A DNA stretch of 64,000 nucleotides from Eledone cirrhosa (taxonomy: Eukaryota): assembly GCA_964016885.1 (NCBI GenBank), contig OZ024742.1, positions 359,972,001 to 360,036,000 on the forward strand. Direction: 5' to 3'. Each line of letters opens with the position of its first letter. Within the stretch, counting starts at the first letter, position 1. Below are positions 9,003-21,509 of the stretch, in pieces. The position numbers were made by a program, and so were the translations under genes. The notes beneath the pieces are model-generated. The model saw nothing but the letters and a program-made list of their open reading frames with translations. It was not told where the DNA came from and ran no database searches.

Positions 9003-12000
9003 GAGATAGAAAGTCTGAGATGTGAAGGAGGAGAAGAGAAATAGAAAGGCTGAGATGTGAAGGTGGAGAAGCGAGATAGAAATGCTGGGATTGTAAAGTC
9101 GAGAATAGAGATAGAAAGGCTGGGATGTGAAGGTGGAGAAAAGAGATAGAAAGGCTTGGATGTGAAGGTCAAGAAGAGAGATAGAAAGGCTGTGATGTGA
9201 AGGTGGAGAAGAGATAGAAAGGCTGAGATGTGAAGGTGGAGAAGAAAGATAGAAAGGCTGGGATTTGAAGGAGGTGGAGAGAGATAGAAAGGCTGGGATG
9301 TGAAGGTGGAGAAGAGAGATAGAAAGGCTTGGATGTGAAGGTGGAGAAGAGAGATAGAAAGGCTTGGATGTGAAGGTCAAGAAGAGAGATAGAAAGGCTG
9401 TGATGTGAAGGTGGAGAAGAGATAGAAAGGCTGAGATGTGAAGGTGGAGAAGAAAGATAGAAAGGCTGGGATTTGAAGGTGGAGGCGAGAGATAGAAAGG
9501 CTGGGGTGTGAAGGAGGAGAAGATAGATAGAAAGGCTGGGATGTGAAGGTGGAGGCGAGAGATAGAAAGGCTGGGGTGTGAAGGAGGAGAAGATAGATAG
9601 AAAGGCTGGGATATGAAGGAGGAGAAGATAGATAGAAAGGCTGAGATGTGAAGGAGGAGAAGATTGATAGAAAGGCTGGGATGTGAAGCTGAAGAAGGGA
9701 GATAGAAAGGCTGAGATGTGAAGGTGGAGAAGAAAGATAGAAAGGCTGGGATGTGAAGGTGGGGAAGAGAGATATAAAGGCTGGGATGTGAAGGTGGAGA
9801 AGAGAGGTAGAAAGGCTGAGATGTGAAGGAGGAGAAGATAGATAGAAAGGCTGGGATGTGAAGGTGGAGGGGAGAGATAGAAAGGCTGGGATGTGAAGGT
9901 GGAGAAGAAAGATAGAAATGCTGGGATGTGAAGGTGGAGAAGAGAGATAGAAAGGCTGGGATGTGAAGGAGGAGAAGAGAGATAGAAAGGCTGAGATGTG
10001 AAGGAGGAGAAGATAGATAGAAAGGCTGAGATGTGAAGGTAGAGAAGAGAGATAGAAAGGCTGTGATGTGAAGGTGGAGAAGAAAGATAGAAAGACTTGG
10101 ATTTGAAGGAGGAGGAGAGAGATAGAAAGGCTGGGATGTGAAGGAGGAGATGAGAGATAGAAAGGCTGGGATGTGAAGGTGGAGGAGAGAGATAGAAAGG
10201 CTGGGATGTGAAGGAGGAGAAGAGAGATAGAAAGGCTGAGATGTGAAGGTGGAGAAGAGAGATAGAAAGACTTGGATTTGAAGGAGGAGGAGAGAGATAG
10301 AAAGGCTGGGATGTGAAGGAGGAGAAGAGAGATAGAAAGGCTGGCATGTGAAGGTGGAGAAGAGAGATGGAAAGGCTGAGATCTGAAGGAGGAGAAGAGA
10401 GATAGAAAGGCTGAGATGTGAAGGAGGAGAAGAGAGATAGAAAGGCTGGGATGTGAAGGTGGAGGAGAGAGATAGAAAGGCTGAGATGTGAAGGTAGAGA
10501 AGAGAGATAGAAAGGCTGAGATGTGAAGGTGGAGAAGAAAGATAGAAAGGCTTGGATTTGAAGGAGGAGGAGAGAGATAGAAAGGCTGGGATGTGAAGGA
10601 GGAGGAGAGAGATAGAAAGGCTGAGATGTGAAGGTAGAGAAGAGAGATAGAAAGGCTGTGATGTGAAGGTTGAGAAGAAAGATAGAAAGACTTGGATTTG
10701 AAGAAGGAGGAGAGGCATAGAAAGACTGGGATGTGAAGGTGGAGAAGAGAGATGGAAAGGCTGAGATCTGAAGGAGGAGAAGAGAGATAGAAAGGCTTGG
10801 ATGTGAAGGTCGAGAAGAGAGATAGAAAGGCTGAGATGTGAAGATGGAGAAGAGAGATAGAAAGGCTGGGTGTGAAGGAGGAGAAGAGAGATAGAAAGGC
10901 TGGGATGTGAAGGTGGAGAAGAGAGAGAGAAAGGCTGAGATGTAAAGGAGGAGAAGATAGTTAGAAAGGCTGGGATGTGAAGGTGGTGAAGAGAGAGAGA
11001 AAGGCTACGATGTAAAGGAGGAGAAGATAGAAAGAAAGGTTGTGATGTGATGGTGGAGAAGAGATAGAAAGGCTGAGATTTGAAGGAGGAGGAGAGAGAT
11101 AGAAAGGCTGTGAATTGAAAGAGGAGTAGATAGATAGGCTGGCATTTGAAGGAGGAGAGAGGTAGAAAGGCTGGCATGTGAAGGTGGAGAAGTGAGATAG
11201 AAAGGCTGGCATGTGACGGTGGAGAAGATAGATAGAAAGGTTGTGATGTGAAGGTGGAGAAGAGATAGAAAGGCTGCGATGTGAAGGTGGAGGAGAGAGA
11301 TAGAAAGGCCGGGATGTGAAGGAGGAGAACATAGATAGATAGGCTGAGATGTGAAGGTAGAGAAGAGAGATAGAAAGTCTGAGATGTGAAGGAGGAGAAG
11401 AGAAATAGAAAGGCTGAGATGTGAAGGTGGAGAAGCGAGATAGAAATGCTGGGATTGTAAAGTCGAGAATAGAGATAGAAAGGCTGGGATGTGAAGGTGG
11501 AGAAAAGAGATAGAAAGGCTTGGATGTGAAGGTCAAGAAGAGAGATAGAAAGGCTGTGATGTGAAGGTGGAGAAGAGATAGAAAGGCTGAGATGTGAAGG
11601 TGGAGAAGAAAGATAGAAAGGCTGGGATTTGAAGAAGGTGGAGAGAGATAGAAAGGCTGGGATGTGAAGGTGGAGAAGAGAGATAGAAAGGCTTGGATGT
11701 GAAGGTGGAGAAGAGAGATAGAAAGGCTTGGATGTGATGGTCAAGAAGAGAGATAGAAAGGCTGTGATGTGAAGGTGGAGAAGAGATAGAAAGGCTGAGA
11801 TGTGAAGGTGGAGAAGAAAGATAGAAAGGCTGGGATTTGAAGGTGGAGGCGAGAGATAGAAAGGCTGGGGTGTGAAGGAGGAGAAGATAGATAGAAAGGC
11901 TGGGATGTGAAGGTGGAGGCGAGAGATAGAAAGGCTGGGGTGTGAAGGAGGAGAAGATAGATAGAAAGGCTGGGATATGAAGGAGGAGAAGATAGATAGA

Positions 12001-13741
12001 AAGGCTGAGATGTGAAGGAGGAGAAGATTGATAGAAAGGCTGGGATGTGAAGCAGAAGAAGGGAGATAGAAAGGCTGAGATGTGAAGGTGGAGAAGAAAG
12101 ATAGAAAGGCTGGGATGTGAAGGTGGGGAAGAGAGATATAAAGGCTGGGATGTGAAGGTGGAGAAGAGAGGTAGAAAGGCTGAGATGTGAAGGAGGAGAA
12201 GATAGATAGAAAGGCTGGGATGTGAAGGTGGAGGGGAGAGATAGAAAGGCTGGGATGTGAAGGTGGAGAAGAAAGATAGAAATGCTGGGATGTGAAGGTG
12301 GAGAAGAGAGATAGAAAGGCTGGGATGTGAAGGAGGAGAAGAGAGATAGAAAGGTTGAGATGTGAAGGAGGAGAAGATAGATAGAAAGGCTGAGATGTGA
12401 AGGTAGAGAAGAGAGATAGAAAGGCTGTGATGTGAAGGTGGAGAAGAAAGATAGAAACACTTGGATTTGAAGGAGGAGGAGAGAGATAGAAAGGCTGGGA
12501 TGTGAAGGAGGAGATGAGAGATAGAAAGGCTGGGATGTGAAGGTGGAGGAGAGAGATAGAAAGGCTGGGATGTGAAGGAGGAGAAGAGAGATAGAAAGGC
12601 TGAGATGTGAAGGTGGAGAAGAGAGATAGAAAGACTTGGATTTGAAGGAGGAGGAGAGAGATAGAAAGGCTGGGATGTGAAGGAGGAGAAGAGAGATAGA
12701 AAGGCTGGCATGTGAAGGTGGAGAAGAGAGATGGAAAGGCTGAGATCTGAAGGAGGAGAAGAGAGATAGAAAGGCTGAGATGTGAAGGAGGAGAAGAGAG
12801 ATAGAAAGGCTGGGATGTGAAGGTGGAGGAGAGAGATAGAAAGGCTGAGATGTGAAGGTAGAGAAGAGAGATAGAAAGGCTGAGATGTGAAGGTGGAGAA
12901 GAAAGATAGAAAGGCTTGGATTTGAAGGAGGAGGAGAGAGATAGAAAGGCTGGGATGTGAAGGAGGAGGAGAGAGATAGAAAGGCTGAGATGTGAAGGTA
13001 GAGAAGAGAGATAGAAAGGCTGTTTTGTGAAGGTTGAGAAGAAAGATAGAAAGACTTGGATTTGAAGAAGGAGGAGAGGCATAGAAAGACTGGGATGTGA
13101 AGGTGGAGAAGAGAGATGGAAAGGCTGAGATCTGAAGGAGCAGAAGAGAGATAGAAAGGCTTGGATGTGAAGGTCGAGAAGAGAGATAGAAAGGCTGAGA
13201 TGTGAAGATGGAGAAGAGAGATAGAAAGGCTGGGTGTGAAGGAGGAGAAGAGAGATAGAAAGGCTGGGATGTGAAGGTGGAGAAGAGAGAGAGAAAGGCT
13301 GAGATGTAAAGGAGGAGAAGATAGTTAGAAAGGCTGGGATGTGAAGGTGGTGAAGAGAGAGAGAAAGGCTACGATGTAAAGGAGGAGAAGATAGAAAGAA
13401 AGGTTGTGATGTGATGGTGGAGAAGAGATAGAAAGGCTGAGATTTGAAGGAGGAGGAGAGAGATAGAAAGGCTGTGAATTGAAAGAGGAGTAGATAGATA
13501 GGCTGGCATTTGAAGGAGGAGAGAGGTAGAAAGGCTGGCATGTGAAGGTGGAGAAGTGAGATAGAAAGGCTGGCATGTGACGGTGGAGAAGATAGATAGA
13601 AAGGTTGTGATGTGAAGGTGGAGAAGAGATAGAAAGGCTGCGATGTGAAGGTGGAGGAGAGAGATAGAAAGGCCGGGATGTGAAGGAGGAGAACATAGAT
13701 AGATAGGCTGAGATGTGAAGGTAGAGAAGAGAGATAGAAAG
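9003..13741. repeat. Higher-order repeat A, 2 x 2364 bp
   Basis: Rare marker TTGTAAAGTCGAGAAT at 9091 and 11455; ORFs 9169-10347 and 11533-12711 are offset by 2364. Confidence 0.9.
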
Positions 13742-16700
13742 GCTGAGATGTGAAGGAAGAGAAGAGAGATAGAAAGGCTGGGGTGTGAAGGAGGAGAAGA
13801 GAGGTAGAAAGGCTGGAATGTGAAGGAGGAGAAGATAGATGGAAAGGCTGAGATGTGAAGGAGGAGAAGATAGATAGAAAGGCTGCGATGTGAAGCTGAA
13901 GAAGGGAGATAGAACGGCTGGGATGTGAAAAAGGAGAAGATAGATAGAAAGGCTGGGATGTTAAGGTGGAGAGGAGAGATAGAGAGGCTGGGATGTGAAG
14001 GTGGAGAAGAAGGATAGAAAGGCTGGGATGTGAAGGTGGGGAAGAGAGATATAAAGGCTGGGATGTGAAGGTGGAGAAGAAAGATAGAAAGGCTGGGATG
14101 TGAAGGAGGAGAAGAGAGATAGAAAGGCTGAGATGTGAAGGTAGAGAAGAGAGATAGAAAGGCTGGTATGTGAAGGAGGAGATTAGAGATAGAAAGGCTG
14201 AGATGTGAAGGTTGAGAAGAAAGATAGAAAGGCTGGGATGTGAAGGAGGAGAAGAGAGATAGAAAGGCTGAGATGTGATGGAGGAGAAGAGAGATAGAAA
14301 GGCTGGGATATGAAGGTGGAGAACAGATATAGAAAGGCTGAGATGTGAAGGAGGAGAAGAGAGATAGAAAGGCTGGGATGTGAAGGTGGAGAAGAAAGAT
14401 AGAAAGGCTGGGATGTGAAGGAGGGGAAGAGAGATGGAAAGGCTGAGATGTGAAGGAGGAGAAGAGAAATAGAATGGCTGGCAGGTGAAGGAGGAGGAGA
14501 GAGATATAAACGTTGGGATGTGAAAGTGGAGATGAGAGATGGAAAGGCTGGGTTGTGACGGAGGAGAAAAGAGATAGATAGGCTGAGATGTGATGGAGGA
14601 GAAAAGAGATAGAAAGGCTGAGATGTGAAGGAGGAGAAGAGAGATAGAAAGGCTGGCATGTGAAGGTAGAGAAGGGGATAGATAGGCTATGATGTGAAGG
14701 TGGAGCAGAGATAGAAAGGCTGGGATTTGAAGGAGAAGAAGAGAGATAGAAAGGCGGAGATGTGAAGGAAGAGAAAAGAGATAGAAGGCTGAGATGTGAT
14801 GGAAGAGAAAAGAGATAGAAAGGCTGGGATGTGAAGGTCGAGGAGAGACATAGAAAGGCTGGAATGTGGAGGTGGAGGAGAGAGATAGAAAGGCTGGGAT
14901 GTGAAGGAGGAGAAGATAGATAGAAATGCTGGGATATGAAGGTGGAGTAGAGAAATAGAAAGGCTGAGATGTGAAGGTGGATATGAGAGATAGAAAGGCT
15001 GGGATGTGAAGATGGAGAAGAGAGATAGAAAGGTTGTGATATGAAGGTGGAGAACAGATATAGAAAGGCTGAGATGTGAAGCAGGAGAAGATAGATAGAA
15101 AGGCTGGGATATGAATGTGGAGTAGAGAGATAGAAAGGCTGAGATATGAAGGTGGAGATGAGAGATATAAAGGCTGGCATGTGAAGGAGGAGAATAGAGA
15201 GAGAAAGGCTGGGATGTGAAGGTGGAGAAGAAAGATAGAAAGGCTGGGATGTGAAGGAGGTGAAGAGAGATGGAAAGGCTGAGATGTGAAGGGGGAGAAG
15301 AGAAATAGAAAGGCTGGGATGTGAAGGTGGAGATGAGAGATAGAAAGGTGAGATGTGAAGGTTGAGAGGAGAGAGAGAGAGGCTGGGATGTGACGGAGGA
15401 GAAGAGAGATAGAAAGGCTGGGATGTGAAGTTGGAGAAAAGAGATAGAAATGCTGAGATGTGATGGAGGATAAAAGAGATAGAAAGGCTGAGATGTGTAG
15501 GAGGAGAAGAGAGATAGAAAGGCTGGGATGTGAAGGTGTAGGAGAGACATAGAAAGGGTGGGATGTGAAGGTCGAGGAGAGACATAGAAAGGCTGGGATG
15601 TGAAGGTGGAGGAGAGAGATGGAAAGGCTGAGATCTGAAGGAGGAGAAGAGAGATAGAAAGGCTGAGATGTGAAGGAGGAGAAGAGAGATAGAAAGGCTG
15701 GGATGTGAAGGTGGAGGAGAGAGATAGAAAGGCTGAGATGTGAAGGTAGAGAAGAGAGATAGAAAGGCTGAGATGTGAAGGTGGAGAAGAAAGATAGAAA
15801 GGCTTGGATTTGAAGGAGGAGGAGAGAGATAGAAAGGCTGGGATGTGAAGGAGGAGGAGAGAGATAGAAAGGCTGAGATGTGAAGGTAGAGAAGAGAGAT
15901 AGAAAGGCTGTTTTGTGAAGGTTGAGAAGAAAGATAGAAAGACTTGGATTTGAAGAAGGAGGAGAGGCATAGAAAGACTGGGATGTGAAGGTGGAGAAGA
16001 GAGATGGAAAGGCTGAGATCTGAAGGAGCAGAAGAGAGATAGAAAGGCTTGGATGTGAAGGTCGAGAAGAGAGATAGAAAGGCTGAGATGTGAAGATGGA
16101 GAAGAGAGATAGAAAGGCTGGGTGTGAAGGAGGAGAAGAGAGATAGAAAGGCTGGGATGTGAAGGTGGAGAAGAGAGAGAGAAAGGCTGAGATGTAAAGG
16201 AGGAGAAGATAGTTAGAAAGGCTGGGATGTGAAGGTGGTGAAGAGAGAGAGAAAGGCTACGATGTAAAGGAGGAGAAGATAGAAAGAAAGGTTGTGATGT
16301 GATGGTGGAGAAGAGATAGAAAGGCTGAGATTTGAAGGAGGAGGAGAGAGATAGAAAGGCTGTGAATTGAAAGAGGAGTAGATAGATAGGCTGGCATTTG
16401 AAGGAGGAGAGAGGTAGAAAGGCTGGCATGTGAAGGTGGAGAAGTGAGATAGAAAGGCTGGCATGTGACGGTGGAGAAGATAGATAGAAAGGTTGTGATG
16501 TGAAGGTGGAGAAGAGATAGAAAGGCTGCGATGTGAAGGTGGAGGAGAGAGATAGAAAGGCCGGGATGTGAAGGAGGAGAACATAGATAGATAGGCTGAG
16601 ATGTGAAGGTAGAGAAGAGAGATAGAAAGGCTGAGATGTGAAGGAAGAGAAGAGAGATAGAAAGGCTGGGGTGTGAAGGAGGAGAAGAGAGGTAGAAAGG

Positions 16701-18520
16701 CTGGAATGTGAAGGAGGAGAAGATAGATGGAAAGGCTGAGATGTGAAGGAGGAGAAGATAGATAGAAAGGCTGCGATGTGAAGCTTAAGAAGGGAGATAG
16801 AACGGCTGGGATGTGAAAAAGGAGAAGATAGATAGAAAGGCTGGGATGTTAAGGTGGAGAGGAGAGATAGAGAGGCTGGGATGTGAAGGTGGAGAAGAAG
16901 GATAGAAAGGCTGGGATGTGAAGGTGGGGAAGAGAGATATAAAGGCTGGGATGTGAAGGTGGAGAAGAAAGATAGAAAGGCTGGGATGTGAAGGAGGAGA
17001 AGAGAGATAGAAAGGCTGAGATGTGAAGGTAGAGAAGAGAGATAGAAAGGCTGGTATGTGAAGGAGGAGATTAGAGATAGAAAGGCTGAGATGTGAAGGT
17101 TGAGAAGAAAGATAGAAAGGCTGGGATGTGAAGGAGGAGAAGAGAGATAGAAAGGCTGAGATGTGATGGAGGAGAAGAGAGATAGAAAGGCTGGGATATG
17201 AAGGTGGAGAACAGATATAGAAAGGCTGAGATGTGAAGGAGGAGAAGAGAGATAGAAAGGCTGGGATGTGAAGGTGGAGAAGAAAGATAGAAAGGCTGGG
17301 ATGTGAAGGAGGGGAAGAGAGATGGAAAGGCTGAGATGTGAAGGAGGAGAAGAGAAATAGAATGGCTGGCAGGTGAAGGAGGAGGAGAGAGATATAAACG
17401 TTGGGATGTGAAAGTGGAGATGAGAGATGGAAAGGCTGGGTTGTGACGGAGGAGAAAAGAGATAGATAGGCTGAGATGTGATGGAGGAGAAAAGAGATAG
17501 AAAGGCTGAGATGTGAAGGAGGAGAAGAGAGATAGAAAGGCTGGCATGTGAAGGTAGAGAAGGGGATAGATAGGCTATGATGTGAAGGTGGAGCAGAGAT
17601 AGAAAGGCTGGGATTTGAAGGAGAAGAAGAGAGATAGAAAGGCGGAGATGTGAAGGAAGAGAAAAGAGATAGAAGGCTGAGATGTGATGGAAGAGAAAAG
17701 AGATAGAAAGGCTGGGATGTGAAGGTCGAGGAGAGACATAGAAAGGCTGGAATGTGGAGGTGGAGGAGAGAGATAGAAAGGCTGGGATGTGAAGGAGGAG
17801 AAGATAGATAGAAATGCTGGGATATGAAGGTGGAGTAGAGAAATAGAAAGGCTGAGATGTGAAGGTGGATATGAGAGATAGAAAGGCTGGGATGTGAAGA
17901 TGGAGAAGAGAGATAGAAAGGTTGTGATATGAAGGTGGAGAACAGATATAGAAAGGCTGAGATGTGAAGCAGGAGAAGATAGATAGAAAGGCTGGGATAT
18001 GAATGTGGAGTAGAGAGATAGAAAGGCTGAGATATGAAGGTGGAGATGAGAGATATAAAGGCTGGCATGTGAAGGAGGAGAATAGAGAGAGAAAGGCTGG
18101 GATGTGAAGGTGGAGAAGAAAGATAGAAAGGCTGGGATGTGAAGGAGGTGAAGAGAGATGGAAAGGCTGAGATGTGAAGGGGGAGAAGAGAAATAGAAAG
18201 GCTGGGATGTGAAGGTGGAGATGAGAGATAGAAAGGTGAGATGTGAAGGTTGAGAGGAGAGAGAGAGAGGCTGGGATGTGACGGAGGAGAAGAGAGATAG
18301 AAAGGCTGGGATGTGAAGTTGGAGAAAAGAGATAGAAATGCTGAGATGTGATGGAGGATAAAAGAGATAGAAAGGCTGAGATGTGTAGGAGGAGAAGAGA
18401 GATAGAAAGGCTGGGATGTGAAGGTGTAGGAGAGACATAGAAAGGGTGGGATGTGAAGGTCGAGGAGAGACATAGAAAGGCTGGGATGTGAAGGTGGAGG
18501 AGAGAGATGGAAAGGCTGAG
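12710..18520. repeat. Higher-order repeat B, 2 x 2888 bp, overlapping A
   Basis: GATCTGA marker at 12744 and 15632; ORFs 14183-14659 and 17071-17547 are identical and offset by 2888. Confidence 0.9.
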
Positions 18521-21509
18521 ATGTGAAGGAGGAGAAGAGAAATAGAATGGCTGGCAGGTGAAGGAGGAGGAGAGAGATATAAAGGCTGGGATGTGAAGGT
18601 GGAGAAGAAAGATAGAAAGGCTGGGATGTGAAGGAGGAGAAGAGAGATAGAAAGGCTGAGATGTGAAGGTAGAGAAGAGAGATAGAAAGGCTGGGATGTG
18701 AAGGAGGAGATTAGAGATAGAAAGGCTGGGATATGAAGGTGGAGAACAGATATAGAAAGGCTGAGATGTGAAGGAGGAGAAGAGAGATAGAAAGGCTGGG
18801 ATGTGAAGGTGGAGAAGAAAGATAGAAAGGCTGGGATGTGAAGGAGGGGAAGAGAGATGGAAAGGCTGCAATGTGAAGGAGGAGAAGAGAAATAGAATGG
18901 CTAGCATGTGAAGGAGGAGGGAAGATAGATAGAAAGGCTGTGACGTGAAGGTGGAGAAGAGATAGAAAGGCCGAGACGTGAAGCGGGAGAAGATAGATAG
19001 ATAGGCTGAGATGTGATGGAGGAGAAAAGAGATAGAAAGGCTGAGATATGAAGGTGGAGATGAGAGATATCAAGGCTGGCATGTGAAGATGGAGAAGAGA
19101 GATATAAATGCTGGCATGTGAAGATGGAGAAGAGAGATAGAAAGGCTCGGATGTGAAGGAGGGGAAGAGAGATGGAAAGGCTGAGATGTGAAGGAGGAGA
19201 AGAGAAATAGAATGGCTGGCAGGTGAAGGAGGAGGAGAGAGATATAAACGCTGGGATGTGAAAGTGGAGATGAGAGATGGAAAGGCTGGGATGTGACGGA
19301 GGAGAAAAGAGTTAGAGAGGCTGAGATGTGATGGAGGAGAAAAGAGATAGAAAGGCTGAGATTTGAAGGAGGAGAAGAGAGATAGAAAGGCTGGCATGTG
19401 AAGGTAGAGAAGGGGATAGATAGGCTATGATGTGAAGGTGGAGAAGAGATAGAAAGGCTCGGATTTGAAGGTGGAGAGGAGAGATATAGATGCTGTGATG
19501 TGAAGGTGGAGAAGAGATAGAAAGGCTGGGACTTGAAGGAGGAGGAGAGAGATAGAAAGGCTGGGATGTGAAGGAGGAGAAGATAGATAGAAAGGCAGTG
19601 ATGTGAAGGTGGAGAAGAGATAGAAAGGCTGGGATGTGAAGGTGGAGAAGAGAGATGGAAAGGCTGAGATATGAAGGAGGAGAAGAGAGATAGAAAGGCT
19701 GAGATGTGAAGGAGGGGAAGAGAGATAGAAAGGCTGCGATGTGAAGGAGGAGAAGATAGATAGATAGGCTGGGATGTTAAGTAGGAGAAGAGAGGTAGAA
19801 AGGTTGGGATGTGAAGGTGGAGAATAAAGGTAGAAAGGCTGAGATGTGAAGGAAAAGAAGAGAGATAGAAAGGCTAGGATGTGAAGGTGGAGAATAGAGA
19901 TGGAAATGCTGGGATGTGAAGCTGGAGAAGAGAGATAGAAAGGCTGCGATGTGAAGGAGGAGAAGAGAGATGGAAAGGCTGAGATGTGAAGGAGGAGAAG
20001 AGAGATAGAAAGGCTGTGATGTGAAGGAGGAGAAGAGAGATAGAAAGGCTGGGATGTGAAGGTGGAGAATAGAGATAGAAAGGCTGAGATGTGAGGGAAA
20101 AGAAGTGAGATAGAAAGGCTAGGATGTGAAGGAGGAGAAGAGAGAGAGAAAGGCTGGGATGTGAAGTGGAGTAGAAAGATAGAAAGGCTGGGATGTGAAG
20201 GAGGAGAAGAGAGATGGAAAGGCTGAGATGTGAAGGAGGAGAAGAGAAATAGAAAGGCTGGGATGTGAAGGTGGAGGAGAGAGATAGAAACGCTGGGATG
20301 TCAAGGTGGAGATGAGAGATTGAAAGGCTGGGATGTGAAGTTGGAGAGGAGAGATAGAGAGGGAAGGATGTGATGGAGGAGAAGAGAGATAGAAAGGCCG
20401 AGATGTGAAGGAGGAGAGGAGAGATAGAAAGGCTGGGATGTGAAGGTGGAGAAGAGAGATAGAAAGGCTGAAATGTGAAGGAGGAGAAGAGAGATAGAAA
20501 GGCTGGGATGTGAAGGTGGAGAAGAGAGATAGGAAGGCTGGAATGTGAAGGGAGAGAAGAGAGATAGAAAGGCTGAGGTGTGAAGGGAGAGAAGAGAGAT
20601 AGAAAGGCTTGGATGTGAAGGTGGAGAAGAGAGGCAGAAAGGCTGAGATGTGATGATGGAGAAGAGAGATAGAAAGGCTGTGCGTGAAGGAGTAGAAGAG
20701 AGATAGAAAGGCGGGGATGTGAAGGTGGAGAAGTGAGATAGAAAGGCTGGGATGTGAAGGTGGAGAAGAGAGATAGAAAGGCTGGGATGTGAAAGAGGAG
20801 AAGATAGATAGAAAGGCTGCGACGTGAAGGTGGAGAAGAGAGATATAAAGGCTGGCATGTGAAGGTGGAGAAGAGAGATAGAAAGGCTGGGATGTGAAGG
20901 TGGAGAAGAGAGGTAGAAAGGCTGGGATGTGAAGGTAGAAAAGATAGATAGAAAGGCTGGGATGTGAAGGTAGAGAAGAGAGATAGAAACGCTGGGAGTG
21001 AAGGTGGAGAAGAGAGATAGAAAGGCTGAGATGTAAAGGTGGAGAAGAGATAGAAAGGCTGGGATTTGAAGGAGGAGGAGAGAGATAGAATGGCTGCGAT
21101 GTGAAGGAGGAGAAGATAGATATAAAGGCTGGGATGTGAAGGTGGAGAAGAGAGATAGAAAGGCTGGGATGTGAAGGTGGAGAAGAGAGATAGAAAGGCT
21201 GGGATGTGAAGGTGGAGAAGAAAGATAGAAATGATGGGATTTGAAGTAGGAGGAGAGAGATAGAAAGGCTGAGATGTGAAGGAGGAGAAGATAGATATAG
21301 AGGCTGGGATGTGAAGGTGGAGAAGAGAGATAGAAAGGCTGGGATGTGAAGGTGGAGAAGAGAGATAGAAAGGCTGCGATGTGAAGGAGGAGAAGATAGA
21401 TAGAAAGGCTGGGATGTGAAGGTGGAGTAGAGAGATAGAAAGGCTGGGATGTGAAGGTGGAGAAGAGAGATAGAAAGGCTGGCATGTGAAGGTAGAGAAG
21501 AGAGATAGA

